From NCBI GenBank assembly GCA_031417495.1, contig JANOVQ010000620.1:1-48077 (forward strand): 48,077 nt of DNA, read 5' to 3'. A model generated the notes under the pieces. The model had not been told where the DNA came from, made no database searches, and saw nothing but the letters and a program-made list of their open reading frames with translations. The translations under genes were made by a program, and so were the position numbers. This DNA comes from Pseudomonadota bacterium (lineage in GTDB: Bacteria; Pseudomonadota; Gammaproteobacteria; Ga0077536). This document shows, in pieces, positions 36,448-48,077 of the stretch (position 1 is its first letter; every line of letters starts with the position of its first letter).

Positions 36448-38198
36448 TACATTTCCTGCGGCGCGGAGACGCCCAAAAGCGCCAGGCCATTGGCTAGCAC
36501 AAGCCTAACTGCGGCGCACAGCGCCAGCCGGGCAAGGCGCAGTGGAACGTCTTCAACGTTAATCTTATGGTGGTTGTAGAACGCGTGGTACTCAGCCGCA
36601 ACTTCGCGTAGATAATTCGCGATCGCGTGTGGTTCGCGTTGCTCGGCGGCGCTCGCTACCACGTCAACATAACGTCCGAGAAGGGCGGCGAGTTGATGTT
36701 CACGTGCCTCGGTCAGACACGCCAGATGCGGAATGCCCGCCAGCGCATCGAGTGCCTCTCCGCGCTGCGCGACCTGCCGAAACACACTACAAATCCGGGC
36801 ATGCGCGTATTGGAGGTAATAGACAGGATTGTCCTGACTTTGTGCCTTGGCCAGATCCAGATCGAATTCAAGATGCTGATCCGAGCGGCGGCTGCTGTAG
36901 AAGTAGCGCGCAGCATCGACACCGACTTCGTCGACCAATTCACGCAAGGTGACGAATTCACCAGAGCGAGTCGACATTTGCACTTTTTCGCCTTGGCGGA
37001 ACAGGCTGGCAAACTGGACCAATAAGACTTCAAGGCGAGTGGGGTCTACTCCGAGTGCCTGCAAGGTGGCCTTCACGCGTGGGATATACCCGTGGTGGTC
37101 GGCACCCCAGATGTTTATGGCCCGCGCGAAACCTCGCTCGAATTTGTCGAGGTGATAGGCAACATCAGACGCAAAGTAGGTTGGCGCGCCGTTTTCGCGA
37201 ATCAGCACACGATCTTTTTCATCCCCGAAGGCGCTCGAACGGAACCACTCAGCGCCGTCTTTTTTAATGACAAAGGCGGTGTTTCGTAAGCGCGCCAGCG
37301 CAGACTCGAGCAAATCGCGCGTCACCAATGAGCGTTCTGAGTACCAGCAGTCAAACTCGACGCCGAAGGCGCGCAAATCCTCTTTGATCCCGCCGAGGAT
37401 CGCTGCGCACGCGAAGCCGTGAAGCAATTGATAGTCGATTTCACCGAGCGCTTGACGGCAGTGCGCAATGCGGGCATCCAGCGCTTCTTCTGCGTCAGCC
37501 AGGGTCGAGAAATCAGGCGGCGGATCGCCACTTGGCGGGAGCAAACGGTGGCCGTACTGCGCTTCAATGTCGGCGGCGATCTGGCGGATGTATTCGCCGC
37601 GGTACCCATTGCTCGGAAAGTCCAGTGGGCGACCGGCACCTTCCAAAACCCGTAGCCAAACGCTCAACGCCAGGATATCCATCTGGCGTCCAGCATCGTT
37701 GACATAGTATTCGGTCGCTACCTGATAACCCGCCGCGCGCAACAAGTTCGCGAGTGCTGCGCCGTAGGCCGCGCCGCGCCCATGTCCTACATGCAATGGA
37801 CCCGTGGGGTTCGCTGACACAAATTCCAGGAGAATGCGTTGTCCTGCCCCGTGCTGTGAACGGCCACAGTTGGCGGGATCGCGCAGCAGGGTTTCGACCA
37901 CCTGAAAAATCGCTGTCTGACGCAAATGGAAGTTGATGAAGCCGGGCGCCAGCACAGTCACTTTCTCCAACCGTGCGTCAGGCGCGAGCTGTGCGCTAAT
38001 CATCTCCGCGATCGCGAGCGGAGACTTGCGACAGGCTTTCGCCAGCAACATGCCAATGTTGCAGCTGAAATCACCATGGGCTGAATGTCGCGGTGGTTCA
38101 AGCGTGATGCTCGGCAAGGGCGTGGGAAGATCGAGTGCGCCAAGGTCGGCAAGCTGGTGCAACGCCTGCTCAATCAGCGATTTCAAAAAATCCTTCAA
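36447..38198 (-). CDS. argS: arginine--tRNA ligase
   Basis: 583 aa with SANPTGPLHVGHGR (HIGH), MSTRSG (KMSK-like) and a C-terminal DALR-type anticodon-binding region. Confidence 0.93.
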   Translation of the reverse strand: MKDFLKSLIEQALHQLADLGALDLPTPLPSITLEPPRHSAHGDFSCNIGMLLAKACRKSPLAIAEMISAQLAPDARLEKVTVLAPGFINFHLRQTAIFQVVETLLRDPANCGRSQHGAGQRILLEFVSANPTGPLHVGHGRGAAYGAALANLLRAAGYQVATEYYVNDAGRQMDILALSVWLRVLEGAGRPLDFPSNGYRGEYIRQIAADIEAQYGHRLLPPSGDPPPDFSTLADAEEALDARIAHCRQALGEIDYQLLHGFACAAILGGIKEDLRAFGVEFDCWYSERSLVTRDLLESALARLRNTAFVIKKDGAEWFRSSAFGDEKDRVLIRENGAPTYFASDVAYHLDKFERGFARAINIWGADHHGYIPRVKATLQALGVDPTRLEVLLVQFASLFRQGEKVQMSTRSGEFVTLRELVDEVGVDAARYFYSSRRSDQHLEFDLDLAKAQSQDNPVYYLQYAHARICSVFRQVAQRGEALDALAGIPHLACLTEAREHQLAALLGRYVDVVASAAEQREPHAIANYLREVAAEYHAFYNHHKINVEDVPLRLARLALCAAVRLVLANGLALLGVSAPQEM

Positions 38199-38349
38199 GG
38201 GTGTCTCACTCGTCCTGGCAGGCCGTAAGCCAACGCAGTCATCTTTGATTAACGAATCTAGTAGCGAATAATCCGGAGACGGAACACTACCAGCGATTGC
38301 GCTTTACTGAAATCCCGGCTCCCCGCCAGCAGACCGTTGGCGTTCACAG

Positions 38350-40560
38350 TCAGGAAATCTCCTGCGCATCAACATCCAGAGTCCAGCGTATCTTATTCGC
38401 GAGCGGCATGCTTTCTATGTGCGCGAGCAGCTGGCGGGTCGCACTCGCAAGGCTTGCGCGATCTTCGGCAGTTAACAAAAGATTGGCGCGAAACTTACCA
38501 ATCCTGCGCTCCATCAAGGCCGGCACGGGCCCGCCAATCGAGACCGCGGCAGGCAGGGTCCGTTTTAAGGCCACGGCTAATTGATTCAGGAAACGCAGCG
38601 GCAACGCCCGCTCGGTCGCCTCTGCACGCAGTAACACTAATGAGGTATGGGGTGGCAACTCCGCGGCGGCGCGTTCCTGTAAGGCGTGTTGGGCAAAGTC
38701 GCGATAACTGCCGCGGCACAAAAAATCGAACACCGGATGTTGTGGATGATGGCTTTGGATCAGCACCTCACCGGGACGGTCACCCCGCCCGGCGCGTCCA
38801 GCCACTTGCAGCACGAGTTGCACGAAGCGTTCCTCCGCACGAAAGTCTGTGGCGAGCAAACCGCTATCGCCATCGACGATGCCGACGAGAGTCACATTCG
38901 AAAAATCGTGACCTTTGGCGATCATTTGAGTGCCCACCAGGATATCAACTTCACCGGCCCTAATTTTAGTGAACGCTGCATCGAGCTGCCCTTTGCGGCT
39001 GACTGAGTCGCGATCGATACGGATAGCCCGTAAGCCTGGGAATAGTTTCGGAAACGCGCCCTCAAGCTGCTCAGTGCCCACGCCTAGACTGGCGTACTCC
39101 GTGAGCTTGCCGCAGGGATGCTCAGGAAACGCCGCAGTAACTTTGCGTTCAGTGCCGCAGTGATGGCAGCGCAGACAAGAGGGGGCTTGGTGCAGCACGA
39201 GCCGCGCATCGCAACGCGGACAGTTCGCGATCCAGCCGCAATGGTGGCAGAGCACAATCGGCGCAAAGCCCCGTCGATTTAGAAACAATAAACTCTGTTC
39301 GCCGCGCGCGGCGCGTTCCCTAACAGCCTGTTGTAGCGGCACGCTTATGCCTGCCTCCAGTCTTTGCCCACGGACGTCGAGAAGACGGATCTTGGGTAGC
39401 TTGGCGCCACGCGCCCGGGTCAGTATTTCCACGTACTGATATTTGCCTCGCGCGCAGTTTGCAAGGGATTCCAAGGACGGCGTTGCCGAGCCCAACACGA
39501 CCGGAATGCCTTGGCGATGTGCGCGTACCACTGCGAGGTCGCGGGCCGAATAGCGCATGCCTTCCTGTTGTTTGTAGGACATGTCATGTTCTTCATCGAC
39601 GACGATGAGCTGTAAGCTGGGTAACGGCATCCACACTGCGGAACGGGTCCCGACCAAGACGCGAATTTCCTGCGCGCGGCAGCGTTGCCAGACAGTGGCG
39701 CGCGCGCGTTCGCTCAGGCTGGAATGAATGACCGCCACAGTCTCGCCAAAGCGCTCCGCAAAACGCTTTACCAGTTGCTCTGTGAGACCGATTTCGGGAA
39801 TCAGAATAAGCGCCTGACCAGTACGCAGCAGCGCATCGCGGACCAGGTGTAAATAAATCTCAGTCTTGCCGCTGCCGGTGATTCCATGCAGTAGGTACGC
39901 ATGGTAGCCAGCACCTGCGCGCAGGATACCTATTGCGGTCGCTTGCGCGGCGTTAAGCGTGAGAAAACGTTCCGCGTGGATGGCCGGTGTCATCGACTTC
40001 GCTACTGCTGCGGCCCGCCTTAACCAGCCACGCCGTACGCAATCGGTCACGACCCGTAGATTAGTGACGCCGGCCGCAAGGAGCTGATCCCGCGAGCGCG
40101 AGTGCGCTGCCGTCAAACCCAATATTTCGCGTTGCCGTGCGCCAAGCGCAGAGACGCTGCTGAACGCAGATCGGCCAGCACTGGTGATCTCCCACCGCGC
40201 GACTTCGAGGTCGCGCAACGGTTTGCCATGGCGTAGCTCGGTTGAAAGCAAGGCCTCAAAGACATCGCCGGGCGGGCAGTGGTAGTAATCGACAGCCCAA
40301 GTCGCGAGGTCGAGCAGCGCGCGCTCGATCACGGGTTTGCTATCTAGAATCTCGATAACATTTTTTATTTTCAGCGGCGGAACCGTGCTGGTGGTAGTAA
40401 CAGCGACCACAATTCCCACGCGAGTGCTGCGCCCAAACGGGACTAAAACCCGGCAACCGGCAAGTTCGGTCTGGGTGCGCTCAGGGCAGGCATAGTCAAA
40501 AAGCGCGCGCAGCGGCGCGAAGACTGCGACCTTCAGAAAACGAGGCGGCACGCGTTTCAC
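38350..40560 (-). CDS. priA: primosomal replication restart helicase PriA
   Basis: GITGSGKTE (Walker A), VVDEEHD (DExH), and the Cys-rich insert CHHCGWIANCPRCDARLVLHQ...LRCHHCG. Confidence 0.93.
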   Translation of the reverse strand: MKRVPPRFLKVAVFAPLRALFDYACPERTQTELAGCRVLVPFGRSTRVGIVVAVTTTSTVPPLKIKNVIEILDSKPVIERALLDLATWAVDYYHCPPGDVFEALLSTELRHGKPLRDLEVARWEITSAGRSAFSSVSALGARQREILGLTAAHSRSRDQLLAAGVTNLRVVTDCVRRGWLRRAAAVAKSMTPAIHAERFLTLNAAQATAIGILRAGAGYHAYLLHGITGSGKTEIYLHLVRDALLRTGQALILIPEIGLTEQLVKRFAERFGETVAVIHSSLSERARATVWQRCRAQEIRVLVGTRSAVWMPLPSLQLIVVDEEHDMSYKQQEGMRYSARDLAVVRAHRQGIPVVLGSATPSLESLANCARGKYQYVEILTRARGAKLPKIRLLDVRGQRLEAGISVPLQQAVRERAARGEQSLLFLNRRGFAPIVLCHHCGWIANCPRCDARLVLHQAPSCLRCHHCGTERKVTAAFPEHPCGKLTEYASLGVGTEQLEGAFPKLFPGLRAIRIDRDSVSRKGQLDAAFTKIRAGEVDILVGTQMIAKGHDFSNVTLVGIVDGDSGLLATDFRAEERFVQLVLQVAGRAGRGDRPGEVLIQSHHPQHPVFDFLCRGSYRDFAQHALQERAAAELPPHTSLVLLRAEATERALPLRFLNQLAVALKRTLPAAVSIGGPVPALMERRIGKFRANLLLTAEDRASLASATRQLLAHIESMPLANKIRWTLDVDAQEIS

Positions 40561-40566
40561 GTACCC

Positions 40567-41220
40567 TTACTCAACTCGGACTAGATTCAAGCCTTCCAGG
40601 CAATAGCCGCCGGGATTCTGCGTCAGGAGCGTGGCAAGTTGAGAATAGTCGAGATATTGATAAGGCGCTGCGCTTAGCGAATTAATCAACGGACGCTTCA
40701 GGCGCGCGCGCGGTAGCAAAGTGAGCTCGAATTCGACGCCGTTATGGTCCAAACCGAGGGTGGGGTAGCGCTCCGGATCTTGCTTGCGCGCACCGTGCAG
40801 TCTTTCATCGAGATGATAGTGGACTCGCTGACTGAGTAGATAGCGCACTACCCTTTCGATTTCATCTTCAAAAAGATGTAAGCCAACCACGGAGTATCGT
40901 AGCGTTGTGCCATAGAGGACCGGACCGTGCAGGCGGGGTTCGAAATCTTGTAGGAAGCGCATGGCGCTGAGTGCCGCACGGCGTAGACGTTCGTTGCGCG
41001 GCGCGAGCGCGGCCCGATCAAACAACTGTTGATAGTCGATCACAGCGGCGAGTACGGTAAGGTTGTCCGGCAAGTCTTCGTTCGAAGTCACCGCCATCGT
41101 GGCGCCCGCCTTGCGTTTAGCAGTGCCGAAACTTTGGGTCGAGCCGTCTACTAGCAGGCGTGCCGCTAGCTGCGCGATTTGCGTGCGCTGTGCGCGAACA
41201 TCCCGACGCCGCGGAGACAT
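40567..41220 (-). CDS. conserved-looking hypothetical protein
   Basis: 217 aa, packed tightly between ponA (17 nt away) and priA (6 nt away). No motif I can name with confidence. Confidence 0.5.
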   Translation of the reverse strand: MSPRRRDVRAQRTQIAQLAARLLVDGSTQSFGTAKRKAGATMAVTSNEDLPDNLTVLAAVIDYQQLFDRAALAPRNERLRRAALSAMRFLQDFEPRLHGPVLYGTTLRYSVVGLHLFEDEIERVVRYLLSQRVHYHLDERLHGARKQDPERYPTLGLDHNGVEFELTLLPRARLKRPLINSLSAAPYQYLDYSQLATLLTQNPGGYCLEGLNLVRVE

Positions 41221-41237
41221 GGTGCGAGGTTGTCCGT

Positions 41238-43658
41238 TTAAAAAATCTGATCGACGGCGCTCGGTTTGGTCTCCGCTGCCTGATAGTGCGTCCCTTGCTG
41301 AGACGAGGCGCGCGGCACATCCTGCGCGCGATAAATTTCGGAGGTGGTGTGGCCACCGCTGTGGCTACGTACGGTGACCAGCCCCGCCGGAAGCGCAGGT
41401 TCCGTCACCGGCGTATCGCGCAAAGCCACCCGCATGTAATCAATCCACATCGGGAGTGCCGTACGGGCGCCGGTTTCCTGGGGCCCCAACGTGCGTGAAT
41501 CATCCGAGCCAACCCAGGTGGTTGTGACTACGTGACCATTGAAGCCTGAGAACCACCCATCCTTGAGATCATTAGTGGTGCCGGTTTTACCACCGAGGTC
41601 AGGACGCTTAAGTTCCAGCGCGCGGCGCCCGGTGCCGCGCGTAATCACCTCTTTCATCATCGAATACATAAGCCACGCATTCTGCGCATTGATGGCACGC
41701 GGTGCGCGTTCGGTGGGTAAGCTTTTTGCTGCCGCAGTCGGAGTGTCCAAAGTCGCGGATTTTGGTGCGGGCACTAAAGAGATATTTTCGCACTCGGCAC
41801 AGGCAATTTCAGGGTTTGCCGTGAAGACTGTGGTGCCCTCAGAGGTGTCGATTCGAGCCACAAAATAGGGAGTGATTAAGAAGCCGCCGTTCGAAAACAC
41901 TGCATACCCAGTCGCGAGCTGCAAGGGAGTTAATTCGCCGGTCCCCAGGGAGAGGGAGAGGTTATGGGGCAACGTGGCCGAATTGAATCCGAAACGACTC
42001 ACATGCCGCAGCGTTTTCTTAACCCCCATCTCGCGCATCACGCGGATTGAGACCAAATTACGAGAGTTCGCCAGTGCATCGCGCAGCCGGGTTGGCCCGT
42101 AGTAGGTGCCAGAATAATTTTCGGGACGCCAGGCGCCCTCGAGACCCGGCGTTTCGAACACAATAGGTGCGTCGTTGACGTAACTTGAGGGCGAAAACCC
42201 ATTTTCAAGCGCGGCGGAATAAATAAAGGGCTTGAAGTTCGAGCCTGGTTGGCGCATCGCCTGGGTAACTCGATTGAATTTACTTAATGCGAAGTCATAG
42301 CCACCGACCAGCGCAAGAATCGCTCCGTCACTGGAATCGAGCGACACCAGGGCGGCTTCTACATTAGGAATCTGCGCGAGGCGCCAGAACCCTGCGGGTG
42401 CGGCGGCAGTGGGAGGGCCACTAGTTTTCGCGTCGACCCAAATCACTCTAATGATGTCACCAGGTTTCACCAGGTCGCTCGCGCTCTGCGGCGCCTTGCC
42501 GATCTGCTCGCTACTCACGTACTGGCGTGCCCAACTCAAGCCAGGCCACTCGATTTTTAGCGTGATGCCACGGCTGTCGAGCGCCTCGACCTCGCGCTCG
42601 CGTACTGCGGTCACCAGTACTGGTGAGGCCTCCCCGATGGGTTGGAAGGGATTTAATAATTCCACCCATTTGGCATTAGGCGTGGTGGACAAATCGACGC
42701 TCGCCTCCGGACCGCGATATCCGTGGCGCCGGTCGTAGTCGCCAAGGGCGCTGCGCAAGGCTTTCACCGCGGCATACTGGTTATCACTGGCAATCGTCGT
42801 GAAAACGCGGAAGCCCTTCGTGTAGGCGTCATCGCCATATTTCTCGACCATGTATTCGCGGGTCATTTCGGCGACATGCGACGCCGAGGTTTCGACCGGT
42901 TGTCCGTGCATTTTGGACGTCAGTGGGGCGTCGCGCGCCGCCTCAAATTCACCTTGTGAGATAAAACCGAGCGCTAACATGCGGCCCAATACGTAAGTTC
43001 GTCTAATGAGCGCAGCGTGTGGATCAGCGATGGGGTTAAGGCGAGATGGCGCCTTCGGTAGACCGGCGATCAGCGCCGCTTCGGTTAACGTTAAGTTCTC
43101 CAGCGAACTTCCAAAATAGACCTGCGCCGCAGCGACGACCCCGTAAGCCCTTTGCCCCAGGAATATTTTGTTCAAGTAGAGTTCCAGAATCTGGTCTTTG
43201 GATAGTTCACGCTCGATTTTCATCGCGAGCACAATTTCTTTGAGTTTTCTCTGGTAGGTTTTCTCCCGACTCAGAAAGAAATTTCGTGCCACCTGCATCG
43301 TGATCGTGCTGCCGCCCTGGGAGCGTTCCTGCGAGCGCACGAGCTTGAGGGCGGCCCGTGTCAGCGCCATCCAATCAACTCCAGGATGTTGGTAGAAGCG
43401 ATCATCTTCCGCCGCAATAAAGGCCTGCTTTAGCCGTAACGGGACCTTGCCAATCGCCACCGGCGTACGACGTTTCTCACCAAATTCGGCAATAAGGCTG
43501 CCATCGCGGGTGTAGATTCTTAGGGGCGTTTGAAAACGAACATCTTGCAGGCGCGCGGTTGACGGCAATTGCGGCAAAGCCCACCACGCGATTCCGATCA
43601 CCAGGGCCACGGCGCATATGACACTAGACAGCAGACCGTAGAACGCAAGACGCAACAT
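41238..43658 (-). CDS. mrcA: penicillin-binding protein 1A (bifunctional transglycosylase/transpeptidase)
   Basis: AAEDDRFYQHPGVD and GGSTITMQ (GT51), SNFKP (SxxK), and KTGTTN. Sits divergent from pilM, as I recall for Pseudomonas. Confidence 0.93.
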   Translation of the reverse strand: MLRLAFYGLLSSVICAVALVIGIAWWALPQLPSTARLQDVRFQTPLRIYTRDGSLIAEFGEKRRTPVAIGKVPLRLKQAFIAAEDDRFYQHPGVDWMALTRAALKLVRSQERSQGGSTITMQVARNFFLSREKTYQRKLKEIVLAMKIERELSKDQILELYLNKIFLGQRAYGVVAAAQVYFGSSLENLTLTEAALIAGLPKAPSRLNPIADPHAALIRRTYVLGRMLALGFISQGEFEAARDAPLTSKMHGQPVETSASHVAEMTREYMVEKYGDDAYTKGFRVFTTIASDNQYAAVKALRSALGDYDRRHGYRGPEASVDLSTTPNAKWVELLNPFQPIGEASPVLVTAVREREVEALDSRGITLKIEWPGLSWARQYVSSEQIGKAPQSASDLVKPGDIIRVIWVDAKTSGPPTAAAPAGFWRLAQIPNVEAALVSLDSSDGAILALVGGYDFALSKFNRVTQAMRQPGSNFKPFIYSAALENGFSPSSYVNDAPIVFETPGLEGAWRPENYSGTYYGPTRLRDALANSRNLVSIRVMREMGVKKTLRHVSRFGFNSATLPHNLSLSLGTGELTPLQLATGYAVFSNGGFLITPYFVARIDTSEGTTVFTANPEIACAECENISLVPAPKSATLDTPTAAAKSLPTERAPRAINAQNAWLMYSMMKEVITRGTGRRALELKRPDLGGKTGTTNDLKDGWFSGFNGHVVTTTWVGSDDSRTLGPQETGARTALPMWIDYMRVALRDTPVTEPALPAGLVTVRSHSGGHTTSEIYRAQDVPRASSQQGTHYQAAETKPSAVDQIF

Positions 43659-43810
43659 ATGGTGGTGACCGCAAATCCAAGTAACTATATCTACGAGGCT
43701 TTACATTAAAATTTAGAGATAACGTATGGTTTTATATTAAGATTTCATTTAAAAATCGTTTGTGTTTTGAAAACGGCTTGACTATAGTTAATGCTAGTTT
43801 CTAAGGTTAA

Positions 43811-44916
<1,106 letters not shown>

Positions 44917-44917
<1 letters not shown>

Positions 44918-45492
44918 TGGCTCGCATAAACCTACTCCCCTGGCGCGCCGAATTACGGCGAGAACGGCGTACGGAATTCCTGACCATTGTGGGAATATGT
45001 GCTGGGGCCGCTGCGCTGGTCTGGGGCGCTGTGCACTACCACTTCCAGGGGCGGATCGAGTTTCAAAAGGAGCGTAACGAATACATTTCTGCAGAAATAG
45101 CCAAACTTGATACACAGATAAAGGCGATTCAGGAACTGGAGAAAGAAAAAGACCGCCTTATTGCGCGGATGAAAGCCATTGAATCCCTGCAGACCAGCCG
45201 TCCCATCGTCGTCCATCTGTTCGACGAGATGGCGAATTCGCTTCCGGACGGGGTTTACCTCAAAGAAGTCTCTCAAACCGGCACGACGATCGAACTCAAA
45301 GGCGTGGCCGAATCGAACGCCCGGGTCTCGAGTTTCATGCGCAATATCGAAAAATCCGAATGGCTGAAAAATCCCAAATTGGAAATCATTCAAACGACTG
45401 ACGAAGCGAATCGCCGCATTTCGAACTTCACGTTGAAGGCCGAGCAGATCATCCCGCAACCGAGTACAGGCGAAGAGGACGACGCAACATGA
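44917..45492 (+). CDS. pilN: type IV pilus inner-membrane component PilN
   Basis: MARINLLPWR N-terminus, a single TM helix and a coiled coil. Confidence 0.88.
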
Positions 45493-46109
45493 AATTGTCG
45501 GATCTCAATAATCTGACGATCGACAACATCGGCATTTGGCCGATGCCGGTCAAGGCGGCGTTCACGATTCTTATTTGCGGGGCAATTTTGGGGCTGGGAT
45601 ATTGGAAGGACATCAGCCCGCTGCAGGACATTTTAGTCCAAGAACAGGAAAAGGAAGCCGGACTTAAGAGTACGTTCGAGATCAAGCAGAAAAAAGCCGT
45701 CAACTTGAACGCCCTGAGGCAACAACTCGAAGACATCAAAGAAACTTTCGGCGACTTGCTTAAACGCCTGCCAAATAAAACCGAGGTCGCCGCCCTGCTC
45801 GTGGATATCTCGCAACAGGGATTGGCGGCTGGGCTGGAGTTCGAGCTGTTTAAGCCTGGCGCCGAGCAACCGGCAGACTTTTACGTCGAGCTTCCGATCC
45901 AAATTACCGTAGTCGGGAACTATCACGCGTTCGGTAACTTCATGAGCGGTATGTCGGATCTGCCGCGAATTGTGACCAACCACGACATTCGAATAGTCCC
46001 CAAAGCCGACGGGCTTTTGACGCTCACGACAACCGCCAAAACCTACCGGTATATGGATGAGGAAGAGGAGATGGCGGGAGCTGAGGCAGGAAAGGCGAAT
46101 AGCAAATGA
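45489..46109 (+). CDS. pilO: type IV pilus inner-membrane component PilO
   Basis: Position in the operon, a TM helix plus coiled coil, the PIQITVVGNYHAFGNF motif, and a 4-nt overlap with its neighbours. Confidence 0.85.
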   Translation: MKLSDLNNLTIDNIGIWPMPVKAAFTILICGAILGLGYWKDISPLQDILVQEQEKEAGLKSTFEIKQKKAVNLNALRQQLEDIKETFGDLLKRLPNKTEVAALLVDISQQGLAAGLEFELFKPGAEQPADFYVELPIQITVVGNYHAFGNFMSGMSDLPRIVTNHDIRIVPKADGLLTLTTTAKTYRYMDEEEEMAGAEAGKANSK

Positions 46110-46693
46110 GTCGGAATGCGGCGAATCGCCTCAAGTTCAGCAGGCACCTTGGAATTCTATTGCTGACCGCTACGGCGGTCGGCTGTGTCAATCGGGACAA
46201 AAGCGATCTCGAAAATTATGTCGGCGAAGTGCTCAAGCGGCCAGGCGGTCAGATCGAGCCGCTGCCCCCAATTCGTCCGTATCAGCGATATCTCTACCAA
46301 TCCGCTGAGGCGAATCTCAGGGACCCATTCCAGACCTTCGCCAATCAGGCCCCGGATAAGGAAGTCGCGGCCGGGCAAAACAACGACGCTGAACAGCAAC
46401 GTTACGCTGACGAAGTTGCCGCCCACAATCGCGAAGAGCTAGAGGGCTTTGAGCTCGACAGTCTGCGCATGGTCGGGACGCTCCAGAACGATGATGAATT
46501 GTGGGCGATTATTCAGGACAATGCCGGTGCGGTGCATCGTGTGCAGATCGGCAATTACCTTGGGCGCAACTACGGAAAAATCCTGAACATTCAGGAGGAA
46601 AGTTTGGAGTTGCGCGAAGTAGTCAGAGATTCCGACGGACGATGGGAAGAGCGCCAGGCGAGTCTGGCGCTTAACCAAGAAGGCAACCCATAG
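46106..46693 (+). CDS. pilP: type IV pilus lipoprotein PilP
   Basis: Lipobox TAVGC, a C-terminal beta domain (LRMVGTLQNDDELWAIIQD), and its position in the operon. Confidence 0.85.
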   Translation: MSRNAANRLKFSRHLGILLLTATAVGCVNRDKSDLENYVGEVLKRPGGQIEPLPPIRPYQRYLYQSAEANLRDPFQTFANQAPDKEVAAGQNNDAEQQRYADEVAAHNREELEGFELDSLRMVGTLQNDDELWAIIQDNAGAVHRVQIGNYLGRNYGKILNIQEESLELREVVRDSDGRWEERQASLALNQEGNP

Positions 46694-46708
46694 AAGGGGT
46701 AATTTCGA

Positions 46709-48077
46709 ATGAGATCTTCCAACGTAATGAAACTACGCGGCGCAGATGTGATCGCGAAGCGCGGCGTCTTGAATGCCGCTGACTGGCGACGGCTCCGTGC
46801 CTGGGGAAGCGTGTTACTCGTTCTCGGCACACAAGCAGCCTTCGCGGGCGTCCTCAACGATCTGAAGTACACGTCGTTGCCGGGAAATCGGGTCCAGATA
46901 AAAATGACGCTGTCTGAGCCACTTGCGGCAGAACCTCTTAACTTTACGATCGATAATCCGGCGCGCATCGCACTCGATTTCCCGGCGACGTCGTTGGCCC
47001 TCAAAAACAAGAATCAGTCGGTTGGCGTTGGTAAGGTGGAAAGTGTGACAGCAGTGGAAGCTGAAGGTCGCACCCGAGTCGTGGTCAACCTGGTTCAGCT
47101 CATCCCATACAAAATCGAAACCGTGGGCAACGTCGTCACCCTGACCTTGGAAGGAATTCAGGGAGACATTACGGCAGAATCCGGTGCTGCGACCACGGCC
47201 CCGCCAGCGGCCACTACCGCTGCGAGCGGCATCACCATGCCGGGCGGAGCGACTCACGCGCAGGTTCGTGGCATAGATTTCCGGCGCGGTCCACGCGGCG
47301 AAGCGCAGGTGGTGGTTGATCTGTCGGATCCCAACGTCGGCATTAACATCGAGGAGCAAGGCGAGAAGCTCATCGTTGATTTCATCGACACCAAACTGCC
47401 CGAGGCGCTTGATCGCAAGCTCGATGTAATGGACTTTGCGACACCCGCGCAAGAAATTGATACTACCCGACACGGCAATGGGACACGGATGACGATCACT
47501 CCCAAAGGGCTATATGAGCATCTCGCATATCAGTCGGACAACACCTTTACTCTCGAACTGCGACCGCTGACTAAAGTCGAAGAAGAGCAGTTGAAGAAGG
47601 ATAAATTCGGCTTCACCGGTGAACGTCTGTCACTCAACTTCCAGGACATCGAAGTGCGCGCGGTGCTCCAGCTCATCGCGGATTTCACTGGCTTTAACCT
47701 GGTGACGAGCGACACGGTGGCTGGCAATGTCACGTTGCGCTTGAAAAATGTGCCTTGGGATCAGGCGATGGATCTGATTCTTAAGACCAAAGGCCTCGGC
47801 ATGCGGCAATCAGGCAATGTGATCATGGTCGCGCCGCAGGAAGAGATCGCGGCGCGCGAAAAGCTGGAACTTGAATCTCAAAAGCAGATCCAGGAGTTGG
47901 CACCACTTAAGACCGAATTTGTGCAGGTCAATTATGCCAAGGCGGAAACGCTTGCCGAACTGCTGAAGGCGGAGTCGAACAATCTGTTAACTGATCGTGG
48001 CAACGTTACAGTGGACCAAAGAACTAACACCCTGTTGGTACAGGACACGGCCGAGGCGCTGACTGACATTCGCAAAG
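46709..48077 (+). CDS. pilQ: type IV pilus secretin PilQ, 3'-truncated at window edge
   Basis: My own translation of frame 2 from ATG 46709 gives MRSSNVMKL..., two AMIN-like repeats (RIALDFP...VVNL), then LNFQDIEVRAVLQLIADFTGFNLV (secretin N0). The frame is open to the end of the window and is not in the ORF track. Confidence 0.88.
   Translation, partial: MRSSNVMKLRGADVIAKRGVLNAADWRRLRAWGSVLLVLGTQAAFAGVLNDLKYTSLPGNRVQIKMTLSEPLAAEPLNFTIDNPARIALDFPATSLALKNKNQSVGVGKVESVTAVEAEGRTRVVVNLVQLIPYKIETVGNVVTLTLEGIQGDITAESGAATTAPPAATTAASGITMPGGATHAQVRGIDFRRGPRGEAQVVVDLSDPNVGINIEEQGEKLIVDFIDTKLPEALDRKLDVMDFATPAQEIDTTRHGNGTRMTITPKGLYEHLAYQSDNTFTLELRPLTKVEEEQLKKDKFGFTGERLSLNFQDIEVRAVLQLIADFTGFNLVTSDTVAGNVTLRLKNVPWDQAMDLILKTKGLGMRQSGNVIMVAPQEEIAAREKLELESQKQIQELAPLKTEFVQVNYAKAETLAELLKAESNNLLTDRGNVTVDQRTNTLLVQDTAEALTDIRK

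Overview
A 48-kb chromosomal segment from a high-GC (about 60%) genome that looks gammaproteobacterial. It is densely coded and mostly housekeeping. Recognisable synteny blocks are pepA-holC-valS, lptG, htpX, a speD-like/speE/speD polyamine operon, bcp, pyruvate carboxylase, thiS-thiG-trmB, tRNA-Gly(CCC), argS plus a SPOR protein, priA, and ponA divergent from pilMNOPQ (pilQ runs off the 3' edge). I saw no transposases, integrases, CRISPR arrays or phage genes. Four places look accessory and are worth a second look. (1) A three-gene DUF692 (MNIO) / DUF2063 RiPP maturase cluster at 28.4-30.4 kb has a Sec-signal precursor whose two-Cys C-terminal core resembles neither HvfA EGKCG repeats nor the Cys-rich bufferins. 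This is my best candidate for an undescribed product. (2) A sigma-less partner-switching locus at 11.3-16.6 kb combines an RsbW-like kinase, a STAS protein and a CHASE2-PP2C phosphatase, with an embedded MBL hydrolase and a FecR/OmpA envelope pair. (3) A second paralog of that MBL hydrolase is coupled to a stand-alone receiver domain directly upstream of thiS. (4) A divergent second AdoMetDC-family gene precedes speE. All family calls come from reading the translations and motifs by eye. No searches were run.
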